From: an uncultured Gemmatimonadota bacterium
Lineage (GTDB): Bacteria; SM23-81; DAOVCL01
Length of the DNA stretch: 64,000 nt
Assembly (NCBI GenBank): GCA_964626665.1
Contig: CAZVGK010000012.1
Span: 1 to 64,000, forward strand
Reading direction: 5' to 3'
A program made the position numbers and the translations under genes. The notes beneath the pieces were generated by a model that ran no database searches, was not told the DNA's origin, and saw only the letters and a list, made by a program, of their open reading frames with translations. Below, piece after piece: positions 27,972-40,807 of the stretch. Position 1 is the stretch's first letter. Every line of letters starts with the position of its first letter.

Positions 27972-29063
27972 ATGAACTCTGCAGGAGAAAAGAAGAAGAT
28001 AACTATTGGGAGGGGAAAGTTCATCCTCTATGGTTTTCTCCTCTGGACCCTGTGGGTGGGCTTCTATTCTGTTGTTTTTAAATTTCAGGTGGGGGTGCCC
28101 TGGTTTGTTGCCTTATTCGTCTCAGCCGAGAACTACTACATATTCGCCTTGCTCAGTATCGGTATCTGGTTTGTTTGCCGCCAAATCCCATACGGTCGCT
28201 TGCCGGTTCCCATCTTTGTGTTCATTCACTTCATACTGGCCATAGTTTGTTCGACGCTCTGGTTATTTTTGACCTATGGGCTATGGTATTTGCAATCAGG
28301 GAAAGAAATATTTAAATTTGTCGAAATAGAAAAGATAATAGGGTGGCAGTTTCTATTTGGCATGATAACCTATCTTCTCCTCGCCGGCATATTCTATACC
28401 ATCATCTACTACAAACATTACCGTGAGGAGGAGCTGAGGGAGGCCGAACTGAAGCTCTTAACCCGGGATGCTGAACTGAAAGCCCTGAAACTTCAAGTAA
28501 ATCCCCATTTCCTCTTCAACTCATTAAACTCGATCAATGCCCTGGTGACTAAGGATCCCCAGTTAGCCCGGAGGATGATTGCCAGGCTTTCGGAACTCCT
28601 GAGGATGGCCTTAGAGAGCCATAAGAAGCTGATGGTTCCATTGAGAGAGGAGCTCGATTTTGTTCACACCTATTTGGAGATCGAGCGGATCCGCTTCGGC
28701 GAGAGGCTGGCCTATGAGGAAGAGGTCGGCCAAAAGCTTTTAGCCCAGCCATTTCCGGCTATGCTGCTTCAGCCCCTTGTGGAAAACGCGGTAAAACATG
28801 GTATTGTCAATAGCCGCAAGGGGGGGAGGATAAGGTTAAGGATGGAGGTATCAGGGGATAGAATCACCTGTTCTGTGGGCAATACCCTCCCAGGGGAGGT
28901 GGGTATGGGGGAAGGAAGCCCGAACCAAGGTGGCACCGGTTTGAGCAACATCCACCAGAGACTTGAGCGGCTCTACGAGGGGAATTACGAGCTTCAGATT
29001 GACCGTTCAGATCCCCGATGGTTTGAGGTTTCCCTTTCCCTTCCCTTGAAGTGGGAGGTTTAA
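27972..29063 (+). CDS. LytS/YehU family sensor histidine kinase
   Basis: TM helices, LKLQVNPHFLFNSLN, LQPLVENAVKHG, GTGLSNI. Confidence 0.93.
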   Translation: MNSAGEKKKITIGRGKFILYGFLLWTLWVGFYSVVFKFQVGVPWFVALFVSAENYYIFALLSIGIWFVCRQIPYGRLPVPIFVFIHFILAIVCSTLWLFLTYGLWYLQSGKEIFKFVEIEKIIGWQFLFGMITYLLLAGIFYTIIYYKHYREEELREAELKLLTRDAELKALKLQVNPHFLFNSLNSINALVTKDPQLARRMIARLSELLRMALESHKKLMVPLREELDFVHTYLEIERIRFGERLAYEEEVGQKLLAQPFPAMLLQPLVENAVKHGIVNSRKGGRIRLRMEVSGDRITCSVGNTLPGEVGMGEGSPNQGGTGLSNIHQRLERLYEGNYELQIDRSDPRWFEVSLSLPLKWEV

Positions 29064-29813
29064 ATGAAAAGGATCACCGCAATTATCATCGATGACGAGG
29101 AGTTGGGTCGGAAGATCATCAGGGAGTATCTGGGCAGCCATCCAGAGGTGGAGGTTAAAGCAGAATGTGAGAATGCCTATGAGGCACTGGAGACCATCGA
29201 GGAACACCATCCAGATCTGCTCTTCTTAGACATCCAGCTCCCGGAGGTCGATGGGTTTGAACTCTTAGGGATGTTAGAGGAGGTCCCCTTAGTGATCTTC
29301 TCCACCGCCTATGATCAGTATGCCTTAAAGGCATTTGAGGTCAACGCCATTGACTATCTGCTCAAGCCCTTCGACCAAAAGAGGTTCGATATGGCCTTGG
29401 AGAGGGCGAAAAGGGGGCTGCAACTCCGCGCGACAGAAGGGGGAAGGATCGATCAACTCCTCCGCTATCTCCGTCAGGAAAGGGAATACCAGGGGAAGCT
29501 ACTCATCAAGCAGTCAGGCAAAATCATTATCCTCAACCTCGATGAGATCCAGTGGATAGAGGCCATGGGCGATTATGTCAACATTCACACCAGTGAGGAG
29601 AGCTATCTGGTCCAACAGTCCCTGAGCCATTTAGAATCCCGCTTGGACCCCAATCGATTTGTCCGCATCCATCGTTCCTCCATCGTCAACCTCGATGCCG
29701 TGCAGAAGATCGTCAATTGGGCAAACGGGAAATATAAGGTCTATCTCAAAGATGGAGAGGAATTAACCCTCAGCCGCTCAGGGGCAAAGAGGTTGAAGAA
29801 GCTAATGATCTGA
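29064..29813 (+). CDS. LytTR family response regulator
   Basis: Receiver domain (DDE, FLDIQ, YLLKP) plus LytTR domain (FVRIHRSSIVN). Confidence 0.95.
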   Translation: MKRITAIIIDDEELGRKIIREYLGSHPEVEVKAECENAYEALETIEEHHPDLLFLDIQLPEVDGFELLGMLEEVPLVIFSTAYDQYALKAFEVNAIDYLLKPFDQKRFDMALERAKRGLQLRATEGGRIDQLLRYLRQEREYQGKLLIKQSGKIIILNLDEIQWIEAMGDYVNIHTSEESYLVQQSLSHLESRLDPNRFVRIHRSSIVNLDAVQKIVNWANGKYKVYLKDGEELTLSRSGAKRLKKLMI

Positions 29814-30111
29814 TTTTTGCCCACCTCTCACCAGGGTTTCCCAGGAAACATGCAGTTCCCTTTAACAAAAAAACCCTTTCCCAATCACTTGCCCAATTCA
29901 ACCCCTTTTCTGCGTTATTTCATACCACCAGAATTATCGCCCTGAATTATCAACATCGGGGGCTTTCTTATCAACTATGTTGCCGTGGTTGTCCGCAACC
30001 AATCTCCAGGATCAGGGGAAATCCATCACCGTTGCTAATTGGCTGACCACTAAACCCAGTATTGAAAAAGTATTTGACTGAGAGGGATAAAATTGGTAAT
30101 ATTAGGTAGAT

Positions 30112-30609
30112 ATGATTGAACATTTCAGCCGGTATTTTGGGCAGACGGTCTGTGTAGTCAGTGTGGAGTGGAAGAGGGAGAGAAATCTGATGACCGCCGT
30201 CTGGGTGACCCCCCTCTCCTCCCATCCACCATTGGTGGGGGTGACTGTCTCTCCCCTGCGCTATACCCATTACTTCCTGGAGAAAAGCAAGGAGTTTGGC
30301 CTCAATATACTTTCTACCGACCAGGTGGAACTCTCCCAATATGTGGGGACCGTAAGTGGGGGGAATGAGGACAAATTCTCCGCGGGATTCTTTGCCGTGC
30401 AACCTCCCCATAAGATCAGAGCCCCTCTCATCGCTGGTTGTTTTGCCACTATGGAGTGCAAGTCTGTGAATAGTTACACCATTGGTGACCATACCTTATT
30501 TATAGGCCAAGTTCTGCGCATCGAGGTGGACAAGGAGAAAAACCCCTTACTCTTGCATCAGGGAGGATACTATCGATTGGGGGGACTTTTGGGGAGATAC
30601 CGTCCTTGA
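30112..30609 (+). CDS. Flavin reductase family protein
   Basis: NLMTAVW, PPLVGV, APLI, GDHTLFIGQV. Confidence 0.87.
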   Translation: MIEHFSRYFGQTVCVVSVEWKRERNLMTAVWVTPLSSHPPLVGVTVSPLRYTHYFLEKSKEFGLNILSTDQVELSQYVGTVSGGNEDKFSAGFFAVQPPHKIRAPLIAGCFATMECKSVNSYTIGDHTLFIGQVLRIEVDKEKNPLLLHQGGYYRLGGLLGRYRP

Positions 30610-30715
30610 GGTTTCAGGACAAAGGCACTGGGTTAACCCTTTTCTGCAACCCTGCGCCGGTTGCCCCAAAATAGCAGGAGGATGTATGCTTTAACCTTTT
30701 AAACAGGGAGGAGCT

Positions 30716-30940
30716 ATGCCTGATAAGAAAGAGGGAAAGGAGCAAAAGGAGGAGAAGGGACACATCCCCTCTGAAGAGAAGAAATTGGGGTTTAAGGAGA
30801 AGGAAGAGCTTAGGGAGTCGATGAGGAAGGAGAAGTTCAGGGATTACCGCCAGGAGAGGATGAGGCATGATGCTCACCTCCGGGATAAAAAGCTAAGACA
30901 GAAATTCCTCGGGGGGACAAGGGGAAGAAGGGGAGGATGA
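30716..30940 (+). CDS. Small highly charged hypothetical protein
   Basis: GGAGGAG RBS; 74 aa rich in K/E/R, ending RGRRGG. Confidence 0.55.
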   Translation: MPDKKEGKEQKEEKGHIPSEEKKLGFKEKEELRESMRKEKFRDYRQERMRHDAHLRDKKLRQKFLGGTRGRRGG

Positions 30941-31147
30941 TACCTTCCTTCCCCCAAGAGAAGTAAGGTCCCTAAGCCGTAAGGATAACCCGCCACAGAG
31001 TCGCGGAGACCACAGAGAGGCAAAGCCGCAACCAAAGAACCATTGTAGATTAGGTATTGTAGCTCGATACCCGTAAGGTCGTCAGAGGTCAAGATCCTTC
31101 AGCGGACATAGATAGTAGACAGGCACAGAAGTGCAGCAGAAGCTGAA

Positions 31148-31247
31148 GATTGCTTCGGCTTGCCACTTCGCTTTTGCTCAGGGCAAGCCTCGCAATGACG
31201 GGCAAATGGATACGTTATTGCGAGGAACAAGGCGACGAAGCAATCTC
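31148..31247. repeat. GATTGCTTCG...CTCGCAATGAC / TTATTGCGAG...GAAGCAATCTC inverted REP-like pair with a nested GCTCAGGGCAAG element
   Basis: The two arms are mutual inverted repeats. Confidence 0.6.
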
Positions 31248-31410
31248 ATTCTACCCCTCCTGACCCGTTCCGTTCCGTGTCGGGACGGGTAACCGGGGTG
31301 ACAAGGGCTTTAGCCCGTTTAGAGTGCTGTGACTCCTGTCACAGCTTGCGTCAACAGGAGTTGACGCACTCTATAAAAACCCTTAACCCACACTAAAGTG
31401 CGGTGTTTAA

Positions 31411-33865
<2,455 letters not shown>

Positions 33866-33911
33866 TCTCCCTCCTTTTGGATCCCCCTTCTGCTCTCGGG
33901 GGAGCCTTTTT

Positions 33912-35405
33912 TTAGGAGAATCGTGGGGAGCTGGTAATTACCCGACGGAAATGGAACCCGTAGATGGAGTAAGTAATAGCCAAGGGGAAAAGCCGCGGCC
34001 GCTTCAGAAGACACCAGGTGAGAAGCTTCCAGTAGTATTCCCTCCCTTCCCCATCCAAGCCCAGAACCCAGATTGATCTAAAAAATGCTTTGAGGTGGGA
34101 AAATTGGAATTTAAAACCCTTCCCCGAGGAAGGCTTAAACTCCCACAAAAAGGTTTTGATCCTTTCGTAATACCCCTTGTGGGAGTAGATCGTATTCAAA
34201 ACACTTTTGTATCCATCGATGAGCAGTTCACGGTTCATCTTGGGGACAAAATTGAGTGAATAGTCCATATTGTCGCCAGAGATGTCCTGCAATAGGCGGC
34301 CTTCCTTTTTCAGTCTCTGGTAAAGCCTTGTTTCTCGGGGAGCATTGAGCAGACCAACCATTGCCGTAACAATCCCACTTTTCTGAATGAAGTCAATCTG
34401 CCGTTGGAATATGGAGGGGGAATCGTGGTCGAAGCCGACGATGAACCCTCCCTGTACCTCTAAACCGTAGTTTTGCATTTTTTTTACATCGGCTACCATG
34501 TTTCGATTTTTGTTCTGAAATTTGCCGCATTCGATCAGGCTTTCTTCTTCTGGTGTCTCTATCCCCACAAACACCGTGTTGAATCCGGCTTTCACCATTA
34601 ACATCATAAGCTCCTCGTCATCGGAGAGATCTATTGATGCTTCTGTGTTAAAAAAGAAGGGATGGTTTCTCTCTTCCATCCAGTCTATTAGAGCGGGCAG
34701 GATCTCTCTCTTTAACATCCTTTTGTTGCCGATAAAATTGTCATCAACGAAAAATACCCCTTCTCTCCATCCTTGTTCGTATAGAGCATTCAGTTCACCC
34801 AAGATCTGATTTCCCCCCTTAGTCCTTACTTTGTGTCCATTTAAGATGATAATATCACAAAATTCGCAGTTGAAGGGGCAACCCCTTGAATACTGGATGT
34901 TCATAGAGGCATACTTCTTCATATCTACCAGCTCCCAAAGGGGGGTAGGGGTCTTTTCTATATCGGGGAACTCCTTGGTTGTATAAAGCTTTTTCGGCTT
35001 GCCGTTTTTCAGATCCTCTAAAAATGGGGGGAGGGTGATCTCGGCCTCGTTGAGCACAAAGTGGTCAATATCCCCCCTAAACTCTTCCCATCCAGTGGTA
35101 AAGAGAGGCCCCCCAGCGACCGTTTTCACCCCCAAGTTTTGACACCTGGTAATAATCCTTCTTACCGACTCCTTCTGCACAGACATAGCGCTGATAAAGA
35201 CATAATCCGCCCATTTTAGGTCGTTATCGCTTAAGGCAGCAATATTCATATCTATCAACCTCTTCTCCCACTCCGCGGGAAGCAAAGCAGCAACTGTCAA
35301 GAGTCCCAAGGGAGGAAATGAGGCCCTCTTGGAGATAAACTGGAGGGCATGTTTAAAGCTCCAGAAGGTATCAGGATATTTTGGATAAAGCAAAAGTATC
35401 TTCAT
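33912..35405 (-). CDS. B12-binding radical SAM protein with DUF4070-like C-terminus
   Basis: PPLGLLTVAA, SRGCPFNCEFCD (CxxxCxxC), DDNFIGN, GFIVGFD. Confidence 0.92.
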   Translation of the reverse strand: MKILLLYPKYPDTFWSFKHALQFISKRASFPPLGLLTVAALLPAEWEKRLIDMNIAALSDNDLKWADYVFISAMSVQKESVRRIITRCQNLGVKTVAGGPLFTTGWEEFRGDIDHFVLNEAEITLPPFLEDLKNGKPKKLYTTKEFPDIEKTPTPLWELVDMKKYASMNIQYSRGCPFNCEFCDIIILNGHKVRTKGGNQILGELNALYEQGWREGVFFVDDNFIGNKRMLKREILPALIDWMEERNHPFFFNTEASIDLSDDEELMMLMVKAGFNTVFVGIETPEEESLIECGKFQNKNRNMVADVKKMQNYGLEVQGGFIVGFDHDSPSIFQRQIDFIQKSGIVTAMVGLLNAPRETRLYQRLKKEGRLLQDISGDNMDYSLNFVPKMNRELLIDGYKSVLNTIYSHKGYYERIKTFLWEFKPSSGKGFKFQFSHLKAFFRSIWVLGLDGEGREYYWKLLTWCLLKRPRLFPLAITYSIYGFHFRRVITSSPRFS

Positions 35406-35658
35406 ATTTGATCCAATCTATTCATAAAGTTTTCCATGGCTTCGTGTAGCCTTCCCTCTTCTTTTGAATGGGGGTAACCATTAGAGGGGGAAGGGCAAAA
35501 CCCTGGGCAGAGCGGGGGGGCTGACCGCTTAACCAATTCTCCGTTGAAATTTGAGATGGCCACCCCCTTTAAAGATATGTCCCCTTTATCCCTGCTTTGC
35601 CCAGGAAAAGAGGACTGCCTTAAATTACACCTATTCCCCACCCTTGTCAAGTCATTTC

Positions 35659-36627
35659 TCATTCTAAATCGCTCTCCCGGTATCCTCCCACCTCACTCTG
35701 CCGCTCGATCTCCTCAGTCAGCCTCTGCCTAAAAAGCATAGCCGAATCGTGGCCATACATCCTCAGAATGTGGTTCATCGCCACCACCTCAGATATAACC
35801 GTTATGTTCTTACCAGGGGATATGGGTATGGTCACCAGGGGGATCCTCACCCCCAATATGGTGGTATAGTTCTCCTCCAAACCCAACCTCTCATACTCCC
35901 CCTCCTCCTCGTTCCAGTAAACAAGCCGCGCCTCCACCTCAATCCTCTTCTGTGCCCTTATAGCCCTGATGCCAAACAATTTCTCGATGTCGATTATCCC
36001 TACCCCCCTTATCTCCATCCGATGGCCTAAAAGCTTCCCCCCCCTTCCTACTACTACGCCGGGGGCGATTTTGGCTATCTTTATCACATCATCGGCCACT
36101 AAACGATGCCCCCTCTCCACCAGATCCAGGGCGCACTCACTCTTGCCTATCCCGCTCTTACCTGTATAGAGAATGCCCACCCCATAGACATCCACCAGCG
36201 TCCCATGGATGGTGGTATGAGGGGCAAAAAGGTGGTCAAGCCAGAAGGTGACCTTCTGCACAAACTCAGCAGTAGAGAGGCTGGTCCCTAAAATGGGGAT
36301 CTTGTGTTTGTTGGCCACCTCCAGCAGAACCGGAGGAGGCTCAAACCCCTTGGTGAGGACAAGGCAGGGAAGATCTGTGGCAAACATCCTCTCCAAAACG
36401 GCTTTTGTCTCCTCTGGCGGTTTGCGTCTGAGGTAAATTAACTCCGTCTCTCCCAGGACCTGCACCCTGTTCTGGGGAAACCTCTCCGTAAATCCAGCCA
36501 AAGCCAACCCCGGACGGTGGATACCACTGGAGACCAACTTCCTCTTCAGACCTATTGGACCGTTGAGGAGGTAGAGACCTAAGAGTTTCCTCCTCTTGTA
36601 GAGGTCCTCTACGGTGAAGTCCTCCAT
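35659..36627 (-). CDS. hprK: HPr(Ser) kinase/phosphorylase
   Basis: HRPGLALAG, GKSGIGKSECAL, HRLVADD, MEIRGVGII. Confidence 0.96.
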   Translation of the reverse strand: MEDFTVEDLYKRRKLLGLYLLNGPIGLKRKLVSSGIHRPGLALAGFTERFPQNRVQVLGETELIYLRRKPPEETKAVLERMFATDLPCLVLTKGFEPPPVLLEVANKHKIPILGTSLSTAEFVQKVTFWLDHLFAPHTTIHGTLVDVYGVGILYTGKSGIGKSECALDLVERGHRLVADDVIKIAKIAPGVVVGRGGKLLGHRMEIRGVGIIDIEKLFGIRAIRAQKRIEVEARLVYWNEEEGEYERLGLEENYTTILGVRIPLVTIPISPGKNITVISEVVAMNHILRMYGHDSAMLFRQRLTEEIERQSEVGGYRESDLE

Positions 36628-36957
36628 TTACTCCTCCGGGGCAGGTCTTTCCTCCATCTTAGGGTTTGATTTATGGTTGCGCAGCTTATCCTTATACCTC
36701 TTAATCTGTCTCTCCATCTTCTCCACTACACCATCTATCGCCAAGTACATATCCTCAGACTCTCCTCTGCTGGCCAAATCGGTCCCCCACACATGGATCA
36801 CCAACTCGGCAATTTGCCGATGCTTCTCTACGGAAAGGATCATATGGCCCCTTATCAGGTGATCGAAATACTTCTTCAGGGTATAAACCCCCTTCTGTGC
36901 ATAGTCCCTCAAGGCATCGGTCAGCTCAAAGCGTCGGGCAGTGATCTTGATGTCCAT
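36628..36957 (-). CDS. raiA: Ribosome hibernation factor (RaiA/HPF)
   Basis: MDIKITARRFELTDALRDY, DMYLAID...ERQIKRYK; located after rpoN. Confidence 0.9.
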   Translation of the reverse strand: MDIKITARRFELTDALRDYAQKGVYTLKKYFDHLIRGHMILSVEKHRQIAELVIHVWGTDLASRGESEDMYLAIDGVVEKMERQIKRYKDKLRNHKSNPKMEERPAPEE

Positions 36958-37046
36958 CTCACCCTCCTTTTTATTTCAATATTTCCTTTTACGAAAATGG
37001 ACGGTCTGTCAAGAGATACGAAAAAACCCCGGGGAACCTGAAGCCC

Positions 37047-38444
37047 TCATCCACCGGCCTTCATCCTGAACCTGGCCGGAAGGATCTTCAACTGCTCCCT
37101 GTACTTGGCCACTGTGCGCCGGGCTAAATTTATCCCCTTTCCCCCCAACTCTGTGGCGATAGCATTGTCGTTGAGGGGATGAGCGGGATCCTCCTCCTCC
37201 ACCATCTTCTTGATCAGCTCCAACAGGCTCTGGGTAGAGACTCCCTCCTTAGTCCCCTCTACCTTTCGCCCAAAGAAAGACCTTAACTCAAACATCCCCT
37301 GCGGAGTTTGCACCCACTTGTCATTGACCACCCGGCTTACCGTGGAAAGATGCACACCTACCTCCTGGGCTACTTCGCTCATAATGAGCGGTTTCAGGGC
37401 AGAGACCCCTTTCTCTAAGAATTCTCGCTGCCTACTCAAAATACTCTTGGCCACATTGAGCATAGTGCTTCTCCTCTGCTGGAGGGCATTCACCAACCAG
37501 CGGGCGGCATTTAACTTATCCTGAACATATTTTTGGGTTTCCTTTGAGGTCTGGCCTGACTTCTGCAAAAGTTCCCTATATTTACGGTTCACCCGCAGCT
37601 TGGGAAGATTCCCATCATTGAGGATTACCTCGTAATCGTCACCCACTTTCTTTACTATGATATCTGGATAGACCGTGGCTGCTGGGGCAGCAAACCCGGC
37701 TAAGGCTGGTTTAGGGGAGAGCCGGGAGATCTTCTCCAAGGCAACCTGCACCTCTTCTGGAGTCACCTGCAACTTCTTTGCCAATTGGGTGGGGGTCTTC
37801 CGATCCAAAAGATGCAGGTAATCCTCTATTATCTGCTTCACCAGCTCATCCTCCATACCCAATTCCCTCACTTGGATGAGGAGACACTCCCTCAGGTCTC
37901 TGGCTCCCACCCCAATGGGATCAAAGGTCTGAATAATGGAGAGGAGCTTCTGGCATTTTTCCAGGGGCCTATTCAGGATGGCCGCAATACCCTCTATGGG
38001 ATAGGAGAGGTACCCATCACCATCAATATTCCCAATAATGAACTCGCCGATCTCAAACTCCTCCTGGCTGAGATCCTTTAACCTAAGCTGGCCCAGGAGA
38101 TGACCATAAAGGGTCTCCTTGTAGACAGGGACCTTAGCCTGCACCTCCTCTTCCGAAGCGCTAAGCTCCTGGGGGCCACTGAAGTCAAAACCCTCCTCCA
38201 GGAACTTCTCCCAATCCACTTCATCCTCGCTGAGTTCAAGTTCCTCCTCAGGTTCCTCCTCTTTGGCTTCCTCAGGAGAGGGTTCCTCCTCCTCTTCTTC
38301 CACCTCCTCTAAGAGGGGGTTGGCAACCAGTTCCTGCCGCAGCACCTGTTCTAACCTGAGGGTGGAGTATTGTAAAAGCTTCAAGGCTTGGATGAACTGG
38401 GGGGTAAGTTTCAAAAGCATTGACGATTCTAAACCAACCTTCAT
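37047..38444 (-). CDS. rpoN: RNA polymerase sigma-54 factor
   Basis: NPLLE, GVGARDLRECLL, RpoN box ARRTVAKYRE. Confidence 0.97.
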   Translation of the reverse strand: MKVGLESSMLLKLTPQFIQALKLLQYSTLRLEQVLRQELVANPLLEEVEEEEEEPSPEEAKEEEPEEELELSEDEVDWEKFLEEGFDFSGPQELSASEEEVQAKVPVYKETLYGHLLGQLRLKDLSQEEFEIGEFIIGNIDGDGYLSYPIEGIAAILNRPLEKCQKLLSIIQTFDPIGVGARDLRECLLIQVRELGMEDELVKQIIEDYLHLLDRKTPTQLAKKLQVTPEEVQVALEKISRLSPKPALAGFAAPAATVYPDIIVKKVGDDYEVILNDGNLPKLRVNRKYRELLQKSGQTSKETQKYVQDKLNAARWLVNALQQRRSTMLNVAKSILSRQREFLEKGVSALKPLIMSEVAQEVGVHLSTVSRVVNDKWVQTPQGMFELRSFFGRKVEGTKEGVSTQSLLELIKKMVEEEDPAHPLNDNAIATELGGKGINLARRTVAKYREQLKILPARFRMKAGG

Positions 38445-38456
38445 CCCTCCCCCTTT

Positions 38457-39185
38457 CTATTCCAATTTAAACTTCTCACCCAGGTATACCCTCTTGGCCT
38501 CAGCATCCTGGGCTAAACTTTGAGCTGTTCCCGACTTAAGAATCTTTCCTTCAGACATAATATAGGCCCGATCGGTTATTTGTAGGGTCTCCCTCACATT
38601 ATGATCGGTAATGAGTACCCCTATCCCCCTTCCCTTGAGCCGAGAGATTATCCCTTGTATATCCTCTACAGCAATGGGATCAACCCCTAAGAATGGTTCG
38701 TCCAAGAGGATAAACTTGGGGTCAGTAACCAGGGCCCTGGTTACCTCTACCCTCCTCCGTTCCCCCCCGGAGAGGTTATAGGCCTTGGACTTGGCTAAGG
38801 GGGTGAGGCCTAGCTCCTCCAAGAGAGAGGCTAATCTCCTCTTTCTTTCCTGGGAGGAGATCCTCAATGTCTCCAAGATAGCCAAGATGTTCTCCTCCAC
38901 GGTGAGCTTACGAAAGATGGACGGCTCTTGGGGGAGATAACCTATCCCCAGCCGCGCCCTCTTATACATAGGCAAGGAGGTGATCTCCTCCTCATCTAAG
39001 AAGACCTTCCCCTCATCGGGTCTAATTAGACCCACGATCATATAAAATGTAGTGGTCTTGCCAGCCCCGTTGGGGCCTAAAAGCCCCACCACCTCCTCCC
39101 TCTCCATCTCAATTGATACCTGGTCAACAACCCTGCGCTTCCGATAGACCTTAACCAAGCCCTCAACCCTCAACCAGCGGCTCAT
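38457..39185 (-). CDS. lptB: LPS export ABC transporter ATP-binding protein
   Basis: [40 protein letters not shown]. Confidence 0.96.
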   Translation of the reverse strand: MSRWLRVEGLVKVYRKRRVVDQVSIEMEREEVVGLLGPNGAGKTTTFYMIVGLIRPDEGKVFLDEEEITSLPMYKRARLGIGYLPQEPSIFRKLTVEENILAILETLRISSQERKRRLASLLEELGLTPLAKSKAYNLSGGERRRVEVTRALVTDPKFILLDEPFLGVDPIAVEDIQGIISRLKGRGIGVLITDHNVRETLQITDRAYIMSEGKILKSGTAQSLAQDAEAKRVYLGEKFKLE

Positions 39186-39712
39186 CGCCCCTCATCTATG
39201 TGCAGGCCCTCTATCCTCCCCTTGATCTTCGCCTTTATCCTTATCTGCTTCAACTCAGGGTCTGCCTCCATCCCTAACCCAGTGACTACATCTCCCCCTC
39301 GGCTTATTTTAACCAGGGAATCGGTATAAACCCGATTGGCCCGCGCCACCCACCTCAACAAGGTGGTTTCCAACCTCACCCCCTCAGAGGTGACCACCAC
39401 AACCTTCCCCTTGGCTTCCATTCTCCCCCCCCAGACCGTTCCCTCCTGCGAAGTAAGGGTGGAGGAGATCTTCCCCTCCTCATCGTAGAATTGAGCTTTT
39501 ACCCCCTGCAGGATTTCCTTCTCCTCCTTAAGATATTTGGAGATGCGGTCTGCATAGACAACTGCCGTCCTCTTCCCCTCTGAGGTAAAGATAATGCTTG
39601 ACCCAACCAGCACCTGATCCGGCCCGGGGGAAGAACCCTTTCTCGGGGGCGGCTTCTCCTTCCCACATCCCCAGAGAAGGAGAACAATCATCCAAAGGAC
39701 CACCCCCCTCAT
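39182..39712 (-). CDS. lptC: LPS export periplasmic protein LptC
   Basis: Lipoprotein-like N-terminus (LWGC), beta-jellyroll-type sequence, position before lptB. Confidence 0.8.
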   Translation of the reverse strand: MRGVVLWMIVLLLWGCGKEKPPPRKGSSPGPDQVLVGSSIIFTSEGKRTAVVYADRISKYLKEEKEILQGVKAQFYDEEGKISSTLTSQEGTVWGGRMEAKGKVVVVTSEGVRLETTLLRWVARANRVYTDSLVKISRGGDVVTGLGMEADPELKQIRIKAKIKGRIEGLHIDEGR

Positions 39713-40590
39713 CCCTCCACCCAGTTCACCCCCATCCAGGCCAAATGGGTGGGGTAACGACGCACAAATCCCTCCAAAATCTCAACCCACCTCCCCACTA
39801 TGGCCTTCAAGTCTCCCTGCGGATCAATTGGTTCCCCCACCTCTAACAGATGGTGGCCATCGTCCGTCAGATGGATGAAGAGCGGGAGGAGGGGGGAACC
39901 GGCCCTCTGCGCCAAGAGAAAGGGACCCATAGGGATAAAAGCTAACTTGCCAAACAGGGGAAAGGCCATCCTCCCCACCCCCTTCCCTCCCCTATCGGCT
40001 AACAGTCCAATCATCTCCCCCCTCTTCAGGGCAAGCAGAAGTGGCTTGGCTCCCTGAGAGATGGAGACATTTCGCTCGCCAACCCCCTTCCTATACCCCA
40101 CCAGCAACTTATCCAACCGGGGATCATACAACTCCCTTCCCACCACGGTAAGTGGATAGCCCTTCCAGGAGAGCCAGGCCCCAATAAGCTCCCAGTTGCC
40201 CAGATGTGCGGTAAGCCCCACCAACCCCCTTCCCCAGCTATATGTTTCTTGAAATTTCTCCCATCCTTTAACCTTTATCAAACCCCGCCCAAAATCTCCG
40301 GGGCCGACCATTCGGAAGGTATCAGCGGCATTGCGTCCTAAATTATAGAAGACCCCCCTGGCTATCCTCTTCAGCTCTTTTGGCTTAATTCCACCCATCA
40401 AGCGGAGCCCCAGCAGCGTCTTCCTGCGCTGCTTCCCCAAGATAAAGTAGGCCATCCCCCCCAATAGACCACAAAACCACAGGGAAAATTGCCGAGAGGT
40501 GGCACTCAGAAAGCGAATGAGGAGCTTGACCAGCCAATAGATTGTCCAGTTCTTGGCCCTCTTGGTTAGTAGCTTAGAGTAACGGTTCAC
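39709..40590 (-). CDS. Lipid A biosynthesis (LpxL/HtrB-like) acyltransferase
   Basis: TAHLGNWE, LLAD; within the kds-lpt operon. Confidence 0.85.
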   Translation of the reverse strand: MNRYSKLLTKRAKNWTIYWLVKLLIRFLSATSRQFSLWFCGLLGGMAYFILGKQRRKTLLGLRLMGGIKPKELKRIARGVFYNLGRNAADTFRMVGPGDFGRGLIKVKGWEKFQETYSWGRGLVGLTAHLGNWELIGAWLSWKGYPLTVVGRELYDPRLDKLLVGYRKGVGERNVSISQGAKPLLLALKRGEMIGLLADRGGKGVGRMAFPLFGKLAFIPMGPFLLAQRAGSPLLPLFIHLTDDGHHLLEVGEPIDPQGDLKAIVGRWVEILEGFVRRYPTHLAWMGVNWVEG

Positions 40591-40807
40591 AGAGATTAGT
40601 GTTCAGTAGTCAGATTAGCTAAGAATGTAGAATTAAAAATGAAAAGAACCATTGACCTCGCCAACAATAGGGATCAAAAAAGGTTTCCCACACATTTCCC
40701 CTCGCTTTCAAGTGGCTCCTCTGCTCTAACCAAACCACCAATATCCAACCCTGCTATTCATTAAGCTCTTCTCCTTCTGAGCCCTGTTCCCCACCAACTT
40801 TTGAGGT

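Noticed and set aside
35470-35620. Cobalamin, SAM or c-di-GMP riboswitch
   Set aside because: I could not find their conserved motifs; kept only as an unassigned structure
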